Positions 18,549 to 30,776 are shown, numbered from the stretch's first letter. The stretch: 33,476 nucleotides of DNA from Myxococcota bacterium (GCA_963676915.2 CAXXVK010000023.1:1-33476), one strand, 5' to 3'. Program-made: numbers and translations. Notes: a model not told the origin generated them from the sequence alone.

Positions 18549-19892
18549 ATGCGATTATATGGATTCCGACTGCTCTTGTTCTCCCTGTTATTGTTTCCGT
18601 TTTCTTTCGGCCTCGTGCATGCCGAAGATTCCGTCGAGGTTCCGATGGGAACCGCAAAGGGACGGATCATCTCAGACTACCCCATTGCCGTAGCCGAATT
18701 CAAGAACTTCACCCCAAAACAAACCGAGACGAAAATCGGCACGGAAGGACAGTCCATTCTGCTGAACAACCTGGCTCTTTCCGGGTACTTCCTGACGATC
18801 GACCCGAAAGCCTATCTGGAAGACATCAAAACCAGCGGCATCACCGAAGCCACGGTCGATTTCACGAAATGGCTGCAAACGGGCGCAGAAGGATTGATCA
18901 AGGCCGGATTCTGGCTGAAAGACGGAACGCTGAAAGTGGAAATGGTGCTGTTCAGCGTTTCTACAGGTAAAGAAAAAATCAGAAAAACCTATGAAGGACC
19001 GGAGAAAGCACTACGAGACTTCTGCCATCGTTTCTCCAATGAAGTCGTCCGATACTACACGAAGCGACCCGGGATTTTTCTTACTAAAATCGTATCGGTT
19101 CGAAGACATAAAGGTTCGAAATCTTTGTGGGTTTGCGATTTCGATGGCCAACGTTGCTTCACCCTCGCCGCCGATGGAGGTATCAACCTGTTGCCTTCCT
19201 GGGATTTGGATGGAAAAAGTCTTTTCTACACGTCCTATCAAAAAGGAAATCCCGATCTCTGGCGTATCCCGGCGGTTGAAGGTGGAAAACCCGTCATCGT
19301 GAGCAATCGACGAGGACTCAATGTCGGCGCGGAAGTCAGCCCGAATGGCAAACAACTGGTTCTTACCTTGACCAAAGACGGTAATTCGGAAATCTACATC
19401 ACCTCTATCGACGGTAAACATCCGAAACGATTGACGAATTCATGGAGCATCGACTCTTCCCCCTGTTGGTCGCCCGACGGCAAACGGGTAGCATTCGTTT
19501 CCAATCGATCCGGAACGCCGCAAATCTATATGGCCGATGTTTCGGGTGGTCCACCAACGCGTCTGACATTCCAGGGGAATTACAACCAATCGCCCTCCTG
19601 GTCGCCGATGGGAGACAAAATCGCTTTCACCGGTCGCGACGAACGCCTGGTCTTCGACCTGTTCGCCGTCGATGTGGAAACTCGGGAAATCGAGCGCTTG
19701 ACTCAGGACGCAGGCAACAACGAAGATCCCACCTGGTCGCCGGACGGCCAGTTGATCGCCTTTTCTTCCAACCGCACGGGAGATTACAAAATCTGGATCA
19801 TGAACACAGACGGAAGCCATCCACGCCAGATTACACATGCGGAGGGTGAATTTACCACTCCCAATTGGGGTCCAATCACCAAGGGAGAATAA
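18549..19892 (+). CDS. tolB: TolB beta-propeller protein
   Basis: Signal peptide, PIAV N-domain, and PD40 repeats (SPCWSPDGKRVAFVSNRSG, SPSWSPMGD, PTWSPDG). Confidence 0.95.
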   Translation: MRLYGFRLLLFSLLLFPFSFGLVHAEDSVEVPMGTAKGRIISDYPIAVAEFKNFTPKQTETKIGTEGQSILLNNLALSGYFLTIDPKAYLEDIKTSGITEATVDFTKWLQTGAEGLIKAGFWLKDGTLKVEMVLFSVSTGKEKIRKTYEGPEKALRDFCHRFSNEVVRYYTKRPGIFLTKIVSVRRHKGSKSLWVCDFDGQRCFTLAADGGINLLPSWDLDGKSLFYTSYQKGNPDLWRIPAVEGGKPVIVSNRRGLNVGAEVSPNGKQLVLTLTKDGNSEIYITSIDGKHPKRLTNSWSIDSSPCWSPDGKRVAFVSNRSGTPQIYMADVSGGPPTRLTFQGNYNQSPSWSPMGDKIAFTGRDERLVFDLFAVDVETREIERLTQDAGNNEDPTWSPDGQLIAFSSNRTGDYKIWIMNTDGSHPRQITHAEGEFTTPNWGPITKGE

Positions 19893-19894
19893 CG

Positions 19895-20653
19895 ATGGTA
19901 CATTCATACTCGCTAAAGATAAGCCTTTTTCTCGTTCTCAGCCTTCTTCTGGCAGCCTGCGCAAGTACACCGCCGGACAAGGAACGAATCGCCGCCGAAA
20001 CGGCGTTTTCCGATGCCGCCGCCGCAAAAGACTGCGCCACGCTGAAATATCATTCGGCAGAGGAAATGCTCAATCAGGCTCGACGACTGGAAACTCAATC
20101 GGATTACGACGAAGCCCGAAAACACTATAACGTCGCGAAAAAACTGGCGGATGAAGCCCATGAAAGCGCCATGACCCAGACGAACTGTCTCAAGGATCAC
20201 GGTTACATCTCCGAAGAAGGCGACTCCGACAGCAATGGTGCGGATGAAAACGGCACGCCTTCTTTGGGCAATGCCGCTCTGCCAGGAGCAACGGACCAAA
20301 TCCCGGACTATGACCTGGAAATGGTGCATTTTCCTTTCGATTCCTATGAACTGACAGAGCAGGCCCGGGAAACCCTCGGACGACATGTTGAATGGATTCA
20401 AAAAAGCGGCGCATTGGTACGGCTGGTCGGGCATTGCGACGAACGGGGAAGCGCCGAATACAACCTCGCGCTCGGAGAGCAAAGAGCCTTCGAAGTACGG
20501 CAATACATGATCCAGAACGGTGTCCCTATGGACGATCTCGAAATCGTATCCATGGGAGAAGAACGCCCTCTCTCTTACGAGCATTCGGAAGAAGCGTACG
20601 CCCAAAACCGGCGGGTTGAGTTTGTCAAACAGGGGTTCAAAGAAAAGCGGTAA
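19895..20653 (+). CDS. pal: Pal/OmpA-family peptidoglycan-associated lipoprotein with N-terminal DUF4398-like helical domain
   Basis: Lipobox LAA-C; VHFPFDS, GHCDERGSAEYNLALGEQRA, NRRVEF. Confidence 0.9.
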   Translation: MVHSYSLKISLFLVLSLLLAACASTPPDKERIAAETAFSDAAAAKDCATLKYHSAEEMLNQARRLETQSDYDEARKHYNVAKKLADEAHESAMTQTNCLKDHGYISEEGDSDSNGADENGTPSLGNAALPGATDQIPDYDLEMVHFPFDSYELTEQARETLGRHVEWIQKSGALVRLVGHCDERGSAEYNLALGEQRAFEVRQYMIQNGVPMDDLEIVSMGEERPLSYEHSEEAYAQNRRVEFVKQGFKEKR

Positions 20654-20656
20654 GCT

Positions 20657-21829
20657 TCAGTCTTTCACCAAAATCCTGGGTAATGTCGGTAGGATACGTG
20701 TCACGACTTCGTAATTGATGGTTCCCATCCATTCGCCGAGTCGTTCTGCACTGATGGTTTCCTCACCCGATGTCCCCAGCAAAGTCACCTCATCCCCTTT
20801 CACGACACACGGAACGTGCGTTACGTCGATCATGGTCATGTTCATGCAGATTCGCCCTAGAATCGGCGCACGCACACCTTTGACAAGCGTATACCCGATG
20901 TTCGACAAGCGACGGTCGAAGCCTTCGTAGTATCCCAACGGCAGCACGGCGATTTTCATGGCATGTGTGGCTCGGTGGCTACGTCCGTACCCGATGTATT
21001 CCCCGGCCGGTACGGTTTTCACCTGGGCGATACGGGTTTTCCAGGACAACACAGGGACGAGTTCCGGCAAAAAACCGTTCTCGCTTTTCCCTTCGTTTTG
21101 TAAAGCCACCACATAGGTTTCGTTCGATGGCCATAGCCCATAAGCGGCAATACCAACCCGTACAAGGCTTCCATGGGTTCGAGGATATAAAATGGTAGCC
21201 GCGCTATTGGCGCTATGAACCATCGGCACGTCGAACCCGTTGTTTTTCAATAGGTTTTCAACGTCCTGCAAACGCTTCAACTGTTCGAAAGCAAACCGGT
21301 GGTCGCGGGTATCCTCGATGTCGGCATAGTGGGTCGTTAGGCCCTCCAAAACTACGCCGTCCAGGGATCGGCAACGTTTCGCCAACGCCAGCGCGTCTTC
21401 CGGTCCTACACCCTGCCGGTTGGTGCCGGTCTCGATTTTAAAATGTACCGGTATCGTTACTCCGGCTTGTCGACCTTCATGAGCCAGCGCTTGCAACAAT
21501 TCGTCGTCGTAAACGACAACCCTAAGGTTTTTGTGAGCCAGAATCGGGGCTTCTTCGAGTGCAACGTGTCCACACACATAGATAGGTGCATCGCTTCCGC
21601 TCTCAACAAGCTTTTCAGCTTCACTGGCGGCATTGACCACCAGCCAATCCGCTCCGGCCCGCACGAATTCGCGTGCACAAAGTGTCATACCGTGGCCGTA
21701 AGCTTCGCTTTTGACCACAACCCCCAACAAACTCCCAGCCTGAAGCCTTCGCTTGAGCAAAGAAACGTTGTTTTGTATGGCATCGCGACGAATTTCGCAC
21801 CATGTCGTCGCTCGAACGTGATTTTGCAT
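20657..21829 (-). CDS. alr: Alanine racemase
   Basis: VVKSEAYGHG (PLP lysine), HFKIETGTNRQG, HSANSAA, VRVGIAAYG, IGYG (catalytic Tyr), GRICMN, GTINYEV. Start taken at MQNHVRATTWCEI. Confidence 0.93.
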   Translation of the reverse strand: MQNHVRATTWCEIRRDAIQNNVSLLKRRLQAGSLLGVVVKSEAYGHGMTLCAREFVRAGADWLVVNAASEAEKLVESGSDAPIYVCGHVALEEAPILAHKNLRVVVYDDELLQALAHEGRQAGVTIPVHFKIETGTNRQGVGPEDALALAKRCRSLDGVVLEGLTTHYADIEDTRDHRFAFEQLKRLQDVENLLKNNGFDVPMVHSANSAATILYPRTHGSLVRVGIAAYGLWPSNETYVVALQNEGKSENGFLPELVPVLSWKTRIAQVKTVPAGEYIGYGRSHRATHAMKIAVLPLGYYEGFDRRLSNIGYTLVKGVRAPILGRICMNMTMIDVTHVPCVVKGDEVTLLGTSGEETISAERLGEWMGTINYEVVTRILPTLPRILVKD

Positions 21830-22002
21830 CGACTCAACCGTCCTATCAATAAACAGGCTGAAATATCCATGAATTTGGGAAACTTGGAACACGGTCTTGG
21901 TCATGGACAAGTTCAGCAACCGTTTTTATCCTAAACTACCTCTTGCGTGGAGTACAAGACAAGATTAGTATTCGGGAAAACATTTATACGCGGAGAATAA
22001 AG

Positions 22003-22584
22003 ATGTCCCAAAACGACACGGAAAACCAGGTCAGCTTCATCGTCGATCCGGAGATTTTCTCGCTGGAAATCCTGCGCGGAGCCGCCTTTTTATTCATCGA
22101 TCGCTGCTACGTGCATCTCGACAAGGGAGAAGACGGGTTCATCGTTCGTTTGAAGGGAAAGGATGTGCTGGCCCCGAAGGAACTGGAAGCCCTGGAAGGT
22201 GAGTTCGAAAACGAACTGCTCAACCAGTCGATCCGCGAACAGGTCAACCAGCGTAACGCCCGCTTGCGAGAGTTGATTCTCGCCAAGGCGATTTTCGCCG
22301 GAACCAATCCCGATCAACTACGCGAAGTTCGCGAAGGTTTTTCCGAAAAACTCGGAGAACAAACGCTTTCGAACATTGACGACGATAGCAACCCGGAAGA
22401 AGAAGCCGAACTCGAACGCCTGCTGGCGGAAATCGAGGAGGATCTTGCGGACGATCCGTTGGGCATTGCGATCCCTTGGGACGAAAAGTACGGTAAAAAA
22501 GCCGATGAGGCTTCCAGTGAAGCGCCCGAGGAAAAAGATTCCGAGGATTCACCCAAGGACGATCCTGAAAAGAACGAGGAATAA
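22003..22584 (+). CDS. hxsD: HxsD-like protein (His-Xaa-Ser system accessory family) with acidic tail
   Basis: GGAG RBS; DPEIFSLEILRGAAFLFIDRCYVHL...GEFENELLNQSIREQV....LRELILAKA matches the HxsD pattern; C-terminal DDPLGIAIPWDEKY. Confidence 0.8.
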   Translation: MSQNDTENQVSFIVDPEIFSLEILRGAAFLFIDRCYVHLDKGEDGFIVRLKGKDVLAPKELEALEGEFENELLNQSIREQVNQRNARLRELILAKAIFAGTNPDQLREVREGFSEKLGEQTLSNIDDDSNPEEEAELERLLAEIEEDLADDPLGIAIPWDEKYGKKADEASSEAPEEKDSEDSPKDDPEKNEE

Positions 22585-22676
22585 CCAATCGTTACCTGCT
22601 ATCTCCGCGTTTTCAGGCATGGAAACTTCGCTTTGCCCGGCTCTTTTCGGTACATCTGCAAAGAGAAGGTAACTCG

Positions 22677-23621
22677 TTGAAATATTTTATCGTTCTTATC
22701 GCTGCGGTGCTCGTTGCCTATATTGCTTACGACCTCGTTCGCGGCATGAGAGAAAAAGACAACCTGGAGCACTCCGGGGAAAAAATTCGGCATCAGGTAC
22801 TGTTGCCGGGAGAAGAAATTCCCGCAAATGTAAACGACGGCTCTGCCGCGTCCGATGAAAACGCCCGTTGGGCGGAAGCGGCCAAAATCAAAATCGACGA
22901 TAAAGCCCTAAAAACGACTCCGAAAACCGCCAAAAAGCACACGCGACCCGAGTGGTTCGATACCTCGGAAAACAATGCCAACCATTGCCGGAAAGCCGTT
23001 GAAGACCTGATCGACGCCGGTCTTTCCGCAGACGCCGCCTGGTGCTCGAAACATATCGGAGTCGGGAAAGCCCCGAAATTCGATCCTACCGATTTCTTTT
23101 TTTGCCATGCAGCGGTTCAAAGTGATTTTCAATGGTGCGAACGGCTCGAAAACCAAGAGTCCAAGCTTGCCTGCCGACTCGAAACCATCGCGCTGTTGAT
23201 GGCGAAAATGCTGCTCTTGGAAAAAGTCGACGAAAAAGCCTTTCAGGTACGTCTCGTTCAACTGGGTGTTCCGAAAATCAAAGAGTGGAGCAACGGCTAC
23301 CACCTGGCTTGGCGACTACTCCACGGGGAAATCGACGACGCCACCTGCGCCAAAGAAGCCCAAACCGAAACCGACCAATTTTGCTGCCTTTTTTTCGGAA
23401 ATTCCGAACCATCGGACACTAAAATTTTGCGTCATGAAGGCATGTACTACGGCATACAAGCTTTGAAAACCGGACGCCCGGAACTGCTCAAACCATTGGA
23501 TTTGCGAAAGAAAACGGTGTTTTTTTCGCTGCTTACCTCGAAAAATTACTGTGACGACATGATACGGCACCATGTGCTGTCCATCTGCGACGCACCCTAT
23601 CCGCTGCCGTATCTCGATTGA
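22677..23621 (+). CDS. Membrane-anchored Cys-rich hypothetical protein
   Basis: GAAGG RBS with TTG start; N-terminal TM; helical Cys pairs such as CHAAVQSDFQWCERLENQESKLAC. Confidence 0.7.
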   Translation: MKYFIVLIAAVLVAYIAYDLVRGMREKDNLEHSGEKIRHQVLLPGEEIPANVNDGSAASDENARWAEAAKIKIDDKALKTTPKTAKKHTRPEWFDTSENNANHCRKAVEDLIDAGLSADAAWCSKHIGVGKAPKFDPTDFFFCHAAVQSDFQWCERLENQESKLACRLETIALLMAKMLLLEKVDEKAFQVRLVQLGVPKIKEWSNGYHLAWRLLHGEIDDATCAKEAQTETDQFCCLFFGNSEPSDTKILRHEGMYYGIQALKTGRPELLKPLDLRKKTVFFSLLTSKNYCDDMIRHHVLSICDAPYPLPYLD

Positions 23622-23634
23622 ACGGAAAATCATC

Positions 23635-24567
23635 ATGGCCAATCTCGGATACATTCAACTGGCCCGTTGCTGCAATCAGAACTGCCTTTTCTGCTCGAAC
23701 CCCCCTAACGGTCGTATTCTGGATTTCGACCAGGCACGCACCTACGTGGACGAGTTCGTCGAAAACGGCTATCAGGGCATCATTCTAACCGGTGGTGAAC
23801 CTACGCTTTTCAAACCGCTGGCGGAGTTGATCACCTACGCTCGCGAACGTGACATGCCGTCCAGGATCATCACGAACGGACAGAAAACCTGCAATTTCGA
23901 GTACTTGAAAGCGCTTGTCGATGCAGGATTATCGCAAATGCATCTTTCGATTTACTCGGTACGCGATGAAGTCCACGACCGCTTGACCACCGTTTCAGGC
24001 TCGCTGGAAAATGTCCGTAAAAGTCTGGACAATGCCGCGAAACTGGAACTCAACGTGGATGTCAACACTGTGATCTGCAAAGCCAACTGCAATCATCTCC
24101 ACGAAAACGTCGAGACCATCACCGCCCGCTGGCCCATGGTGCATCATTTCGTCTGGAACAACATGGACCCGGCGATGAACGACACCCCGGAAAGTCGCAA
24201 AGAAATCGCGCAGTTGTCCGAATTCGAGGTATCTCTCCATAAAGCCATGAGCTTTTTGGAAAAAACGGGGCGGACCTTCCGAGTCGAGCGCGTACCGCTT
24301 TGTTACATGACGGAATTCGCCTACGCATCGACCGAAACACGAAAAATCGTCAAAAGCGAGGAACGAACGGTTCACTTCCTCGATGACAAAGACACGGTTC
24401 GCCAAACCGATTTCTTTCACGACAAAACCGACATCTGCAAGCACTGTAAATTGAACGAAATTTGCGCAGGCGTGTACGAACTTCACACCTATCTCGACCC
24501 GAACGAACTGTACCCGGTATACGTCGATCCCGAGCCGATTCGGAAAAAAATCCTCGGTTTGCTCTGA
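23635..24567 (+). CDS. Radical SAM protein, HxsC-like, with C-terminal Cys cluster
   Basis: CNQNCLFC (CxxxCxxC), LTGGEPT, IITNG, VPLC, and [12 protein letters not shown] (Cx2Cx5C, SPASM/twitch-like). Confidence 0.9.
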   Translation: MANLGYIQLARCCNQNCLFCSNPPNGRILDFDQARTYVDEFVENGYQGIILTGGEPTLFKPLAELITYARERDMPSRIITNGQKTCNFEYLKALVDAGLSQMHLSIYSVRDEVHDRLTTVSGSLENVRKSLDNAAKLELNVDVNTVICKANCNHLHENVETITARWPMVHHFVWNNMDPAMNDTPESRKEIAQLSEFEVSLHKAMSFLEKTGRTFRVERVPLCYMTEFAYASTETRKIVKSEERTVHFLDDKDTVRQTDFFHDKTDICKHCKLNEICAGVYELHTYLDPNELYPVYVDPEPIRKKILGLL

Positions 24568-24670
24568 TCCTGCGAAAAAATCCATCTTTCCCACCGTTCC
24601 GACCTTGATCTTGCAAGGTTGGGGACTAGTTTATGCAGCGTTCATCACCACTGTTGGAAAAGAGGTGCGA

Positions 24671-25201
24671 ATGTTTCACGGTACAACGATTCTTTGCGTA
24701 AAAAAAGACGGTCACGTCGTCATGGCCGGGGACGGACAAGTCAGCCTCGGCAATACGGTCGTCAAGCACACGGCGAAGAAAATCCGCCGTCTGGGTGAAA
24801 AAAACGACGTTCTGGCCGGATTCGCCGGGTCCACGGCGGACGCTTTCACCCTGTTCGAGCGATTCGAAAAGAAATTGAAAGAATATCGGGGAAATCTGCT
24901 GCGTTCCGCCGTCGAACTTGCGAAAGACTGGCGAACCGATAAATACCTGCGCCGCCTGGAAGCGATTCTCGTGGTCGCCGACAGTGAAAACCTGCTGATG
25001 CTCTCGGGCGCGGGCGACGTGGTGGAACCGGACGGCAACGTACTTGCCATCGGTTCCGGCGGAAATTATGCCTTGGCCGCTGCACAAGCGCTTGTAGAGT
25101 ATTCCGACCTCAGCGCTCGCGATGTTGCCGAAAAGTCGTTAAAAATCGCGGGAGACATCTGTGTGTTTACCAATGGCCGGATTCACATCGAAGAACTGTA
25201 A
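24671..25201 (+). CDS. hslV: ATP-dependent protease subunit HslV
   Basis: [47 protein letters not shown]; GAGG RBS. Confidence 0.97.
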   Translation: MFHGTTILCVKKDGHVVMAGDGQVSLGNTVVKHTAKKIRRLGEKNDVLAGFAGSTADAFTLFERFEKKLKEYRGNLLRSAVELAKDWRTDKYLRRLEAILVVADSENLLMLSGAGDVVEPDGNVLAIGSGGNYALAAAQALVEYSDLSARDVAEKSLKIAGDICVFTNGRIHIEEL

Positions 25202-25213
25202 CGGGGAAATTTC

Positions 25214-26623
25214 ATGTCTACAGAAGAAAAGCAATCCAAACCGTTGACTCCGAAACAAATCGTTCAGGAGTTGGATAAATACATTATCGGCCAGGATAAA
25301 GCCAAGCGTTCCGTGGCAATCGCTTTACGTAACCGCTGGCGAAGAAAGCAGGTTTCGGAAGAACTTCGCGACGAGATCGTACCGAAAAACATCATCATGA
25401 TCGGAACGACAGGCGTTGGAAAAACCGAAATCGCCCGGCGTCTGGCGAAGTTGGCCCAAGCTCCGTTCGTCAAAGTCGAAGCCACGAAATACACCGAGGT
25501 GGGTTACGTCGGGCGCGATGTGGAATCGATGATTCGCGATCTGACCGAAGTCTCCATCCGCCTCGTTCAGGCGGAAGCCCAGGAAACCGTCCTCGTGCAA
25601 GCCAGAGAATTGGCCGAAGAGCGCGTATTGGACATTCTGGTTCCCAAAGCACCGCCAGCGCCCGTGCAAATGCCTGAATACTATGAGGAAACGCAGCCCT
25701 CGTCTACACAGACTCAGGATACGGAAACAAACGAATCCAATCGTGCAACGAGGGACAAATTCCGTAAAAAACTGCATGACGGCATCCTCGACGAACGCAA
25801 GATTCAGGTCGAAATGCAGGAGAGCAGTATGCCGATGATCCAGATGTTTTCCTCGCAATCCGGCATGGAGGAAATCGGCATGAACATGCGCGACATGTTC
25901 AGCAACCTTTTCCCGAAAAAGACACGCCAGAAGGAAATGACCGTCGCCGAAGCGCTGGATTACTTCACGGACGTTGAAGCCGCCAAACTCATCGATGAGG
26001 ACAAGGTGCAAACCGAAGCCATGAGTCGCGTAGAAAACCAGGGCATCGTGTTCCTGGACGAAATCGATAAAATCGCCGGTGGCGACACGGGACGCGGGCC
26101 GGATGTCAGCCGTGAAGGCGTACAGAGAGATATTCTGCCGATCGTGGAAGGCTCCACGGTCGTCACGAAATACGGACCGGTCAAGACGGACCATATTCTG
26201 TTCATAGCCGCCGGAGCGTTCCACGTTGCAAAACCCTCCGATTTGATTCCGGAATTGCAGGGGCGTTTCCCGATTCGCGTGGAATTGAACAACCTGCATA
26301 AGGAAGACCTCGTTCGGATTCTCACCGAACCGCAAAACTCTCTGATCAAGCAGTACAAAGAGATGATGCGAACGGAAAACGTCGAACTCGATTTCACCCC
26401 CGAAGCGGCCGAACGCATTGCCGAAGTCGCAGCGGATGTCAACGAGAGAACCGAAAACATCGGTGCCAGACGTCTGCACACGATCATGGAAAAACTGCTC
26501 GACGAAGTATCCTTCGAGGCTCCCGACATGTACGGAGCCACGGTGACGATCACCCCGAAATACATCGACGAACGGTTGAGGGACGTACTGGAAGATCGGG
26601 ATTTGAGCCAATACATCCTCTGA
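25214..26623 (+). CDS. hslU: ATP-dependent protease ATPase subunit HslU
   Basis: [65 protein letters not shown]. Confidence 0.97.
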   Translation: MSTEEKQSKPLTPKQIVQELDKYIIGQDKAKRSVAIALRNRWRRKQVSEELRDEIVPKNIIMIGTTGVGKTEIARRLAKLAQAPFVKVEATKYTEVGYVGRDVESMIRDLTEVSIRLVQAEAQETVLVQARELAEERVLDILVPKAPPAPVQMPEYYEETQPSSTQTQDTETNESNRATRDKFRKKLHDGILDERKIQVEMQESSMPMIQMFSSQSGMEEIGMNMRDMFSNLFPKKTRQKEMTVAEALDYFTDVEAAKLIDEDKVQTEAMSRVENQGIVFLDEIDKIAGGDTGRGPDVSREGVQRDILPIVEGSTVVTKYGPVKTDHILFIAAGAFHVAKPSDLIPELQGRFPIRVELNNLHKEDLVRILTEPQNSLIKQYKEMMRTENVELDFTPEAAERIAEVAADVNERTENIGARRLHTIMEKLLDEVSFEAPDMYGATVTITPKYIDERLRDVLEDRDLSQYIL

Positions 26624-26679
26624 TTTTGACTCCAAACGGCGGCTTTTTCAGAAAAATACACCCCTGAATTGAAAAACCG

Positions 26680-26709
26680 TTGACAGTATCGATTCAAGAT
26701 GCCTACCCT
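26680..26709 (+). promoter_or_regulatory. Possible sigma70 promoter
   Basis: Perfect TTGACA (26680-26685), 18 nt, TACCCT, with an A tract upstream. Confidence 0.4.
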
Positions 26710-26816
26710 TTTCTTGTACCGAAATTATTTTTTCGGAGGGTCATGATTCTTTCGAAAAGGCCGATTACGCCAAGTAGAGGGAAACAGTCTGTGTCGATTG
26801 CCAAAGGGAGGATGCG

Positions 26817-28646
<1,830 letters not shown>

Positions 28647-28669
28647 TTCAGCACGGATAATTCGTAATT

Positions 28670-28717
28670 GACGTGAAAATGCATCCGTTTTCCCGCTGCG
28701 TTTTCACGTCTTTTTTT
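28670..28717 (+). terminator. Intrinsic terminator after gltX
   Basis: GACGTGAAAATGCA / TGCGTTTTCACGTC, a 14-bp stem with one G-U, followed by T7. Confidence 0.85.
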
Positions 28718-28807
28718 GGGTATCGTTTAAAGATGATCGTACCCATCTTAAAAAACAACATCTATCCCGAATTATTCGGATTCTTGTCGTCTCACCTGCA
28801 CCTGGGG

Positions 28808-28836
28808 TTGACGGAAAACGATCGCCCCATTACAAT
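28808..28836 (+). promoter_or_regulatory. Sigma70 promoter of the nucleotidase gene
   Basis: TTGACG, 17 nt, TACAAT. Confidence 0.7.
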
Positions 28837-28872
28837 GCCGAGTATCGTTGGACCCATCAGGAAGGCTGCGGC

Positions 28873-30405
28873 GTGAAAGTATTCCATCTTGTTGTTATTC
28901 TTCTATTTTTAACATTGATACCCGCTTGTGAAAAAGAGCCGCCTCCCCCACCTCCGCCCGAGGTTTCCATCCTCTTTTTCAACGATCTTCATGGTCACTT
29001 GGCTCCGTTTCCTCAACGGTATCGGTCCTCGACCAAAATCGGCGGTATGGCCCGTATCCAGGGACTGGTCAAGAAGATTCGCGCGGAAAACGCGAAAAAA
29101 GGAACGCCAACTCTTCTGTTTTTCGCTGGAGACATGTTCCAGGGAACTCCCATTAGCAGCCAGTTCAAAGGCGAAGCCGAATGGCGCGCCATGCAACAAC
29201 TTAAACCCGACCTTGTTACGTTAGGCAATCATGACTTCGATTTCGGCTTGGCCAACCTCCAACGGCTAATGGAAGAAGTCCCGCTCCCGATCGTATCCGC
29301 GAATACCCATTGGAAAAAAGATATGGAACTGTTCACCGAACCGTTTCGTATCCTTGCACTCCCCAACCGTCTGCGAGTTGGCGTTATCGGTCTTATCAAC
29401 GAAGACACACCCACGACGACCTTTCCTTCCAACGTGGCTCCGTTAGCGTTTTCTTCTTCTGAGCTCGCAACCCAGCGGTTTATCGATGAAGTGGAAGCCC
29501 TAAGCGACATCCTCGTGCTGCTCAGTCACACCGGGTATGAAATGGACCGCCAACTATCGGTACGGTTTCCCCAGGTAGACCTGATCGTCGGCGGTCACTC
29601 GCACGACAAGTTGACGAATCAACAAAACACCTCCGGGCATACGACAATCGTGCAGACAGGAAGCCGTGGAGCCTACCTTGGACGCATCGATCTTCGCGTG
29701 GAAAACGGACAAGTATCTGTAATTAAAAACGAATTGATTCCTGTTCGCGAAGGAGCGCCGGAAGATGAAGATATGTTGGCATTCTTGAAGGTCTTTTTCA
29801 AACAAGCCGACTCGAACCTGCAGAAAGTAGTAGGATACGCCCCCGAACCTTTATGGGGCGACTACCACTTGGTACGAATGCGAGAAACCGCCATCGGCAA
29901 CTTCACAGCCGACATTCTCCGCCAATTCGCCAAAACCCAAATTGCCTTCGTCAACGGAGGAGGCATCCGGGATTCGTTCATCCCAGGAAAAATCACGATG
30001 AATCACGTTATGAGGGTTTATCCTTTCAACAACTCCATCGTGAAAAAGAAAGTCAAAGGCACGGATCTTCGCAAAGCGCTTTTGCGCTCTATTTCCGGTT
30101 GGCGCAAAGATGGCCAGGACGTGCCTTTCGGCGGCTTTTTGCAAGTCTCCGGGCTGCGTATCGTGGCAGAACCGGGCCGACTGATCGACGTCTGGGTAGG
30201 CAATGAACCGTTAAAAGATTTCAAAAGCTACAGCGTCGCCATGCCGGACTTCCTAGCCCAGGGCGGTGACGGATACGACATGTTGGAAAAAAGCGGAGAA
30301 GCCTACGATACCGGCTCTACCATGCGCGATATTTTCCTGAACTATGTAGAAAAAGGCGGCAACCTGGAAAAAAGTGTCGAAGGCCGTATCGTTCGTCTGC
30401 AATAA
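28873..30405 (+). CDS. Bifunctional metallophosphatase / 5'-nucleotidase lipoprotein (UshA-like)
   Basis: Signal with IPA-C, polyproline linker, NDLHG, AGDMFQG, GNHDFD, LSH, GGHSH, NGGGIR, FLQVSG, FLAQGGDGY. Confidence 0.93.
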   Translation: MKVFHLVVILLFLTLIPACEKEPPPPPPPEVSILFFNDLHGHLAPFPQRYRSSTKIGGMARIQGLVKKIRAENAKKGTPTLLFFAGDMFQGTPISSQFKGEAEWRAMQQLKPDLVTLGNHDFDFGLANLQRLMEEVPLPIVSANTHWKKDMELFTEPFRILALPNRLRVGVIGLINEDTPTTTFPSNVAPLAFSSSELATQRFIDEVEALSDILVLLSHTGYEMDRQLSVRFPQVDLIVGGHSHDKLTNQQNTSGHTTIVQTGSRGAYLGRIDLRVENGQVSVIKNELIPVREGAPEDEDMLAFLKVFFKQADSNLQKVVGYAPEPLWGDYHLVRMRETAIGNFTADILRQFAKTQIAFVNGGGIRDSFIPGKITMNHVMRVYPFNNSIVKKKVKGTDLRKALLRSISGWRKDGQDVPFGGFLQVSGLRIVAEPGRLIDVWVGNEPLKDFKSYSVAMPDFLAQGGDGYDMLEKSGEAYDTGSTMRDIFLNYVEKGGNLEKSVEGRIVRLQ

Positions 30406-30423
30406 CGAACCAAAGTCGAATCG

Positions 30424-30756
30424 ATGACGCCAAAACGTACCCTTTCCTCCAAATTTCATTGGATCGCGATGCTTGCGGTATTTGCGGTGACACTCTCGTT
30501 GCAGTTTGGTGCGAGTTCGATGAACGCCTGTTTTTCCGAAACGGCGAACAAAGCCTGTATCCGATGGTCGTTTTACCTACAATTAGGAAACGCTACCGTC
30601 ATATTGGTTGCTCTGCCACTCTTGTTTTTCTTCAAACCTTCTCCTCCCCCCGAAGGTTTTTTTAAACATGTACACCGAGCCATCTGGACGTTGTTGTTGA
30701 TCAACGGCCTGATTGTCGCATGCGGCGTCGTTATGTTGCTGATTGCAATCCTATAA
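30424..30756 (+). CDS. Small three-TM membrane protein, hypothetical
   Basis: Three hydrophobic segments, 18 nt after the nucleotidase stop. Confidence 0.6.
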   Translation: MTPKRTLSSKFHWIAMLAVFAVTLSLQFGASSMNACFSETANKACIRWSFYLQLGNATVILVALPLLFFFKPSPPPEGFFKHVHRAIWTLLLINGLIVACGVVMLLIAIL

Positions 30757-30776
30757 ATACTTTATAGAGGAAAGCA

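Noticed and set aside
25325-26635. 436-aa ORF antisense to hslU
   Set aside because: Same codon-bias shadow effect over a highly conserved gene.
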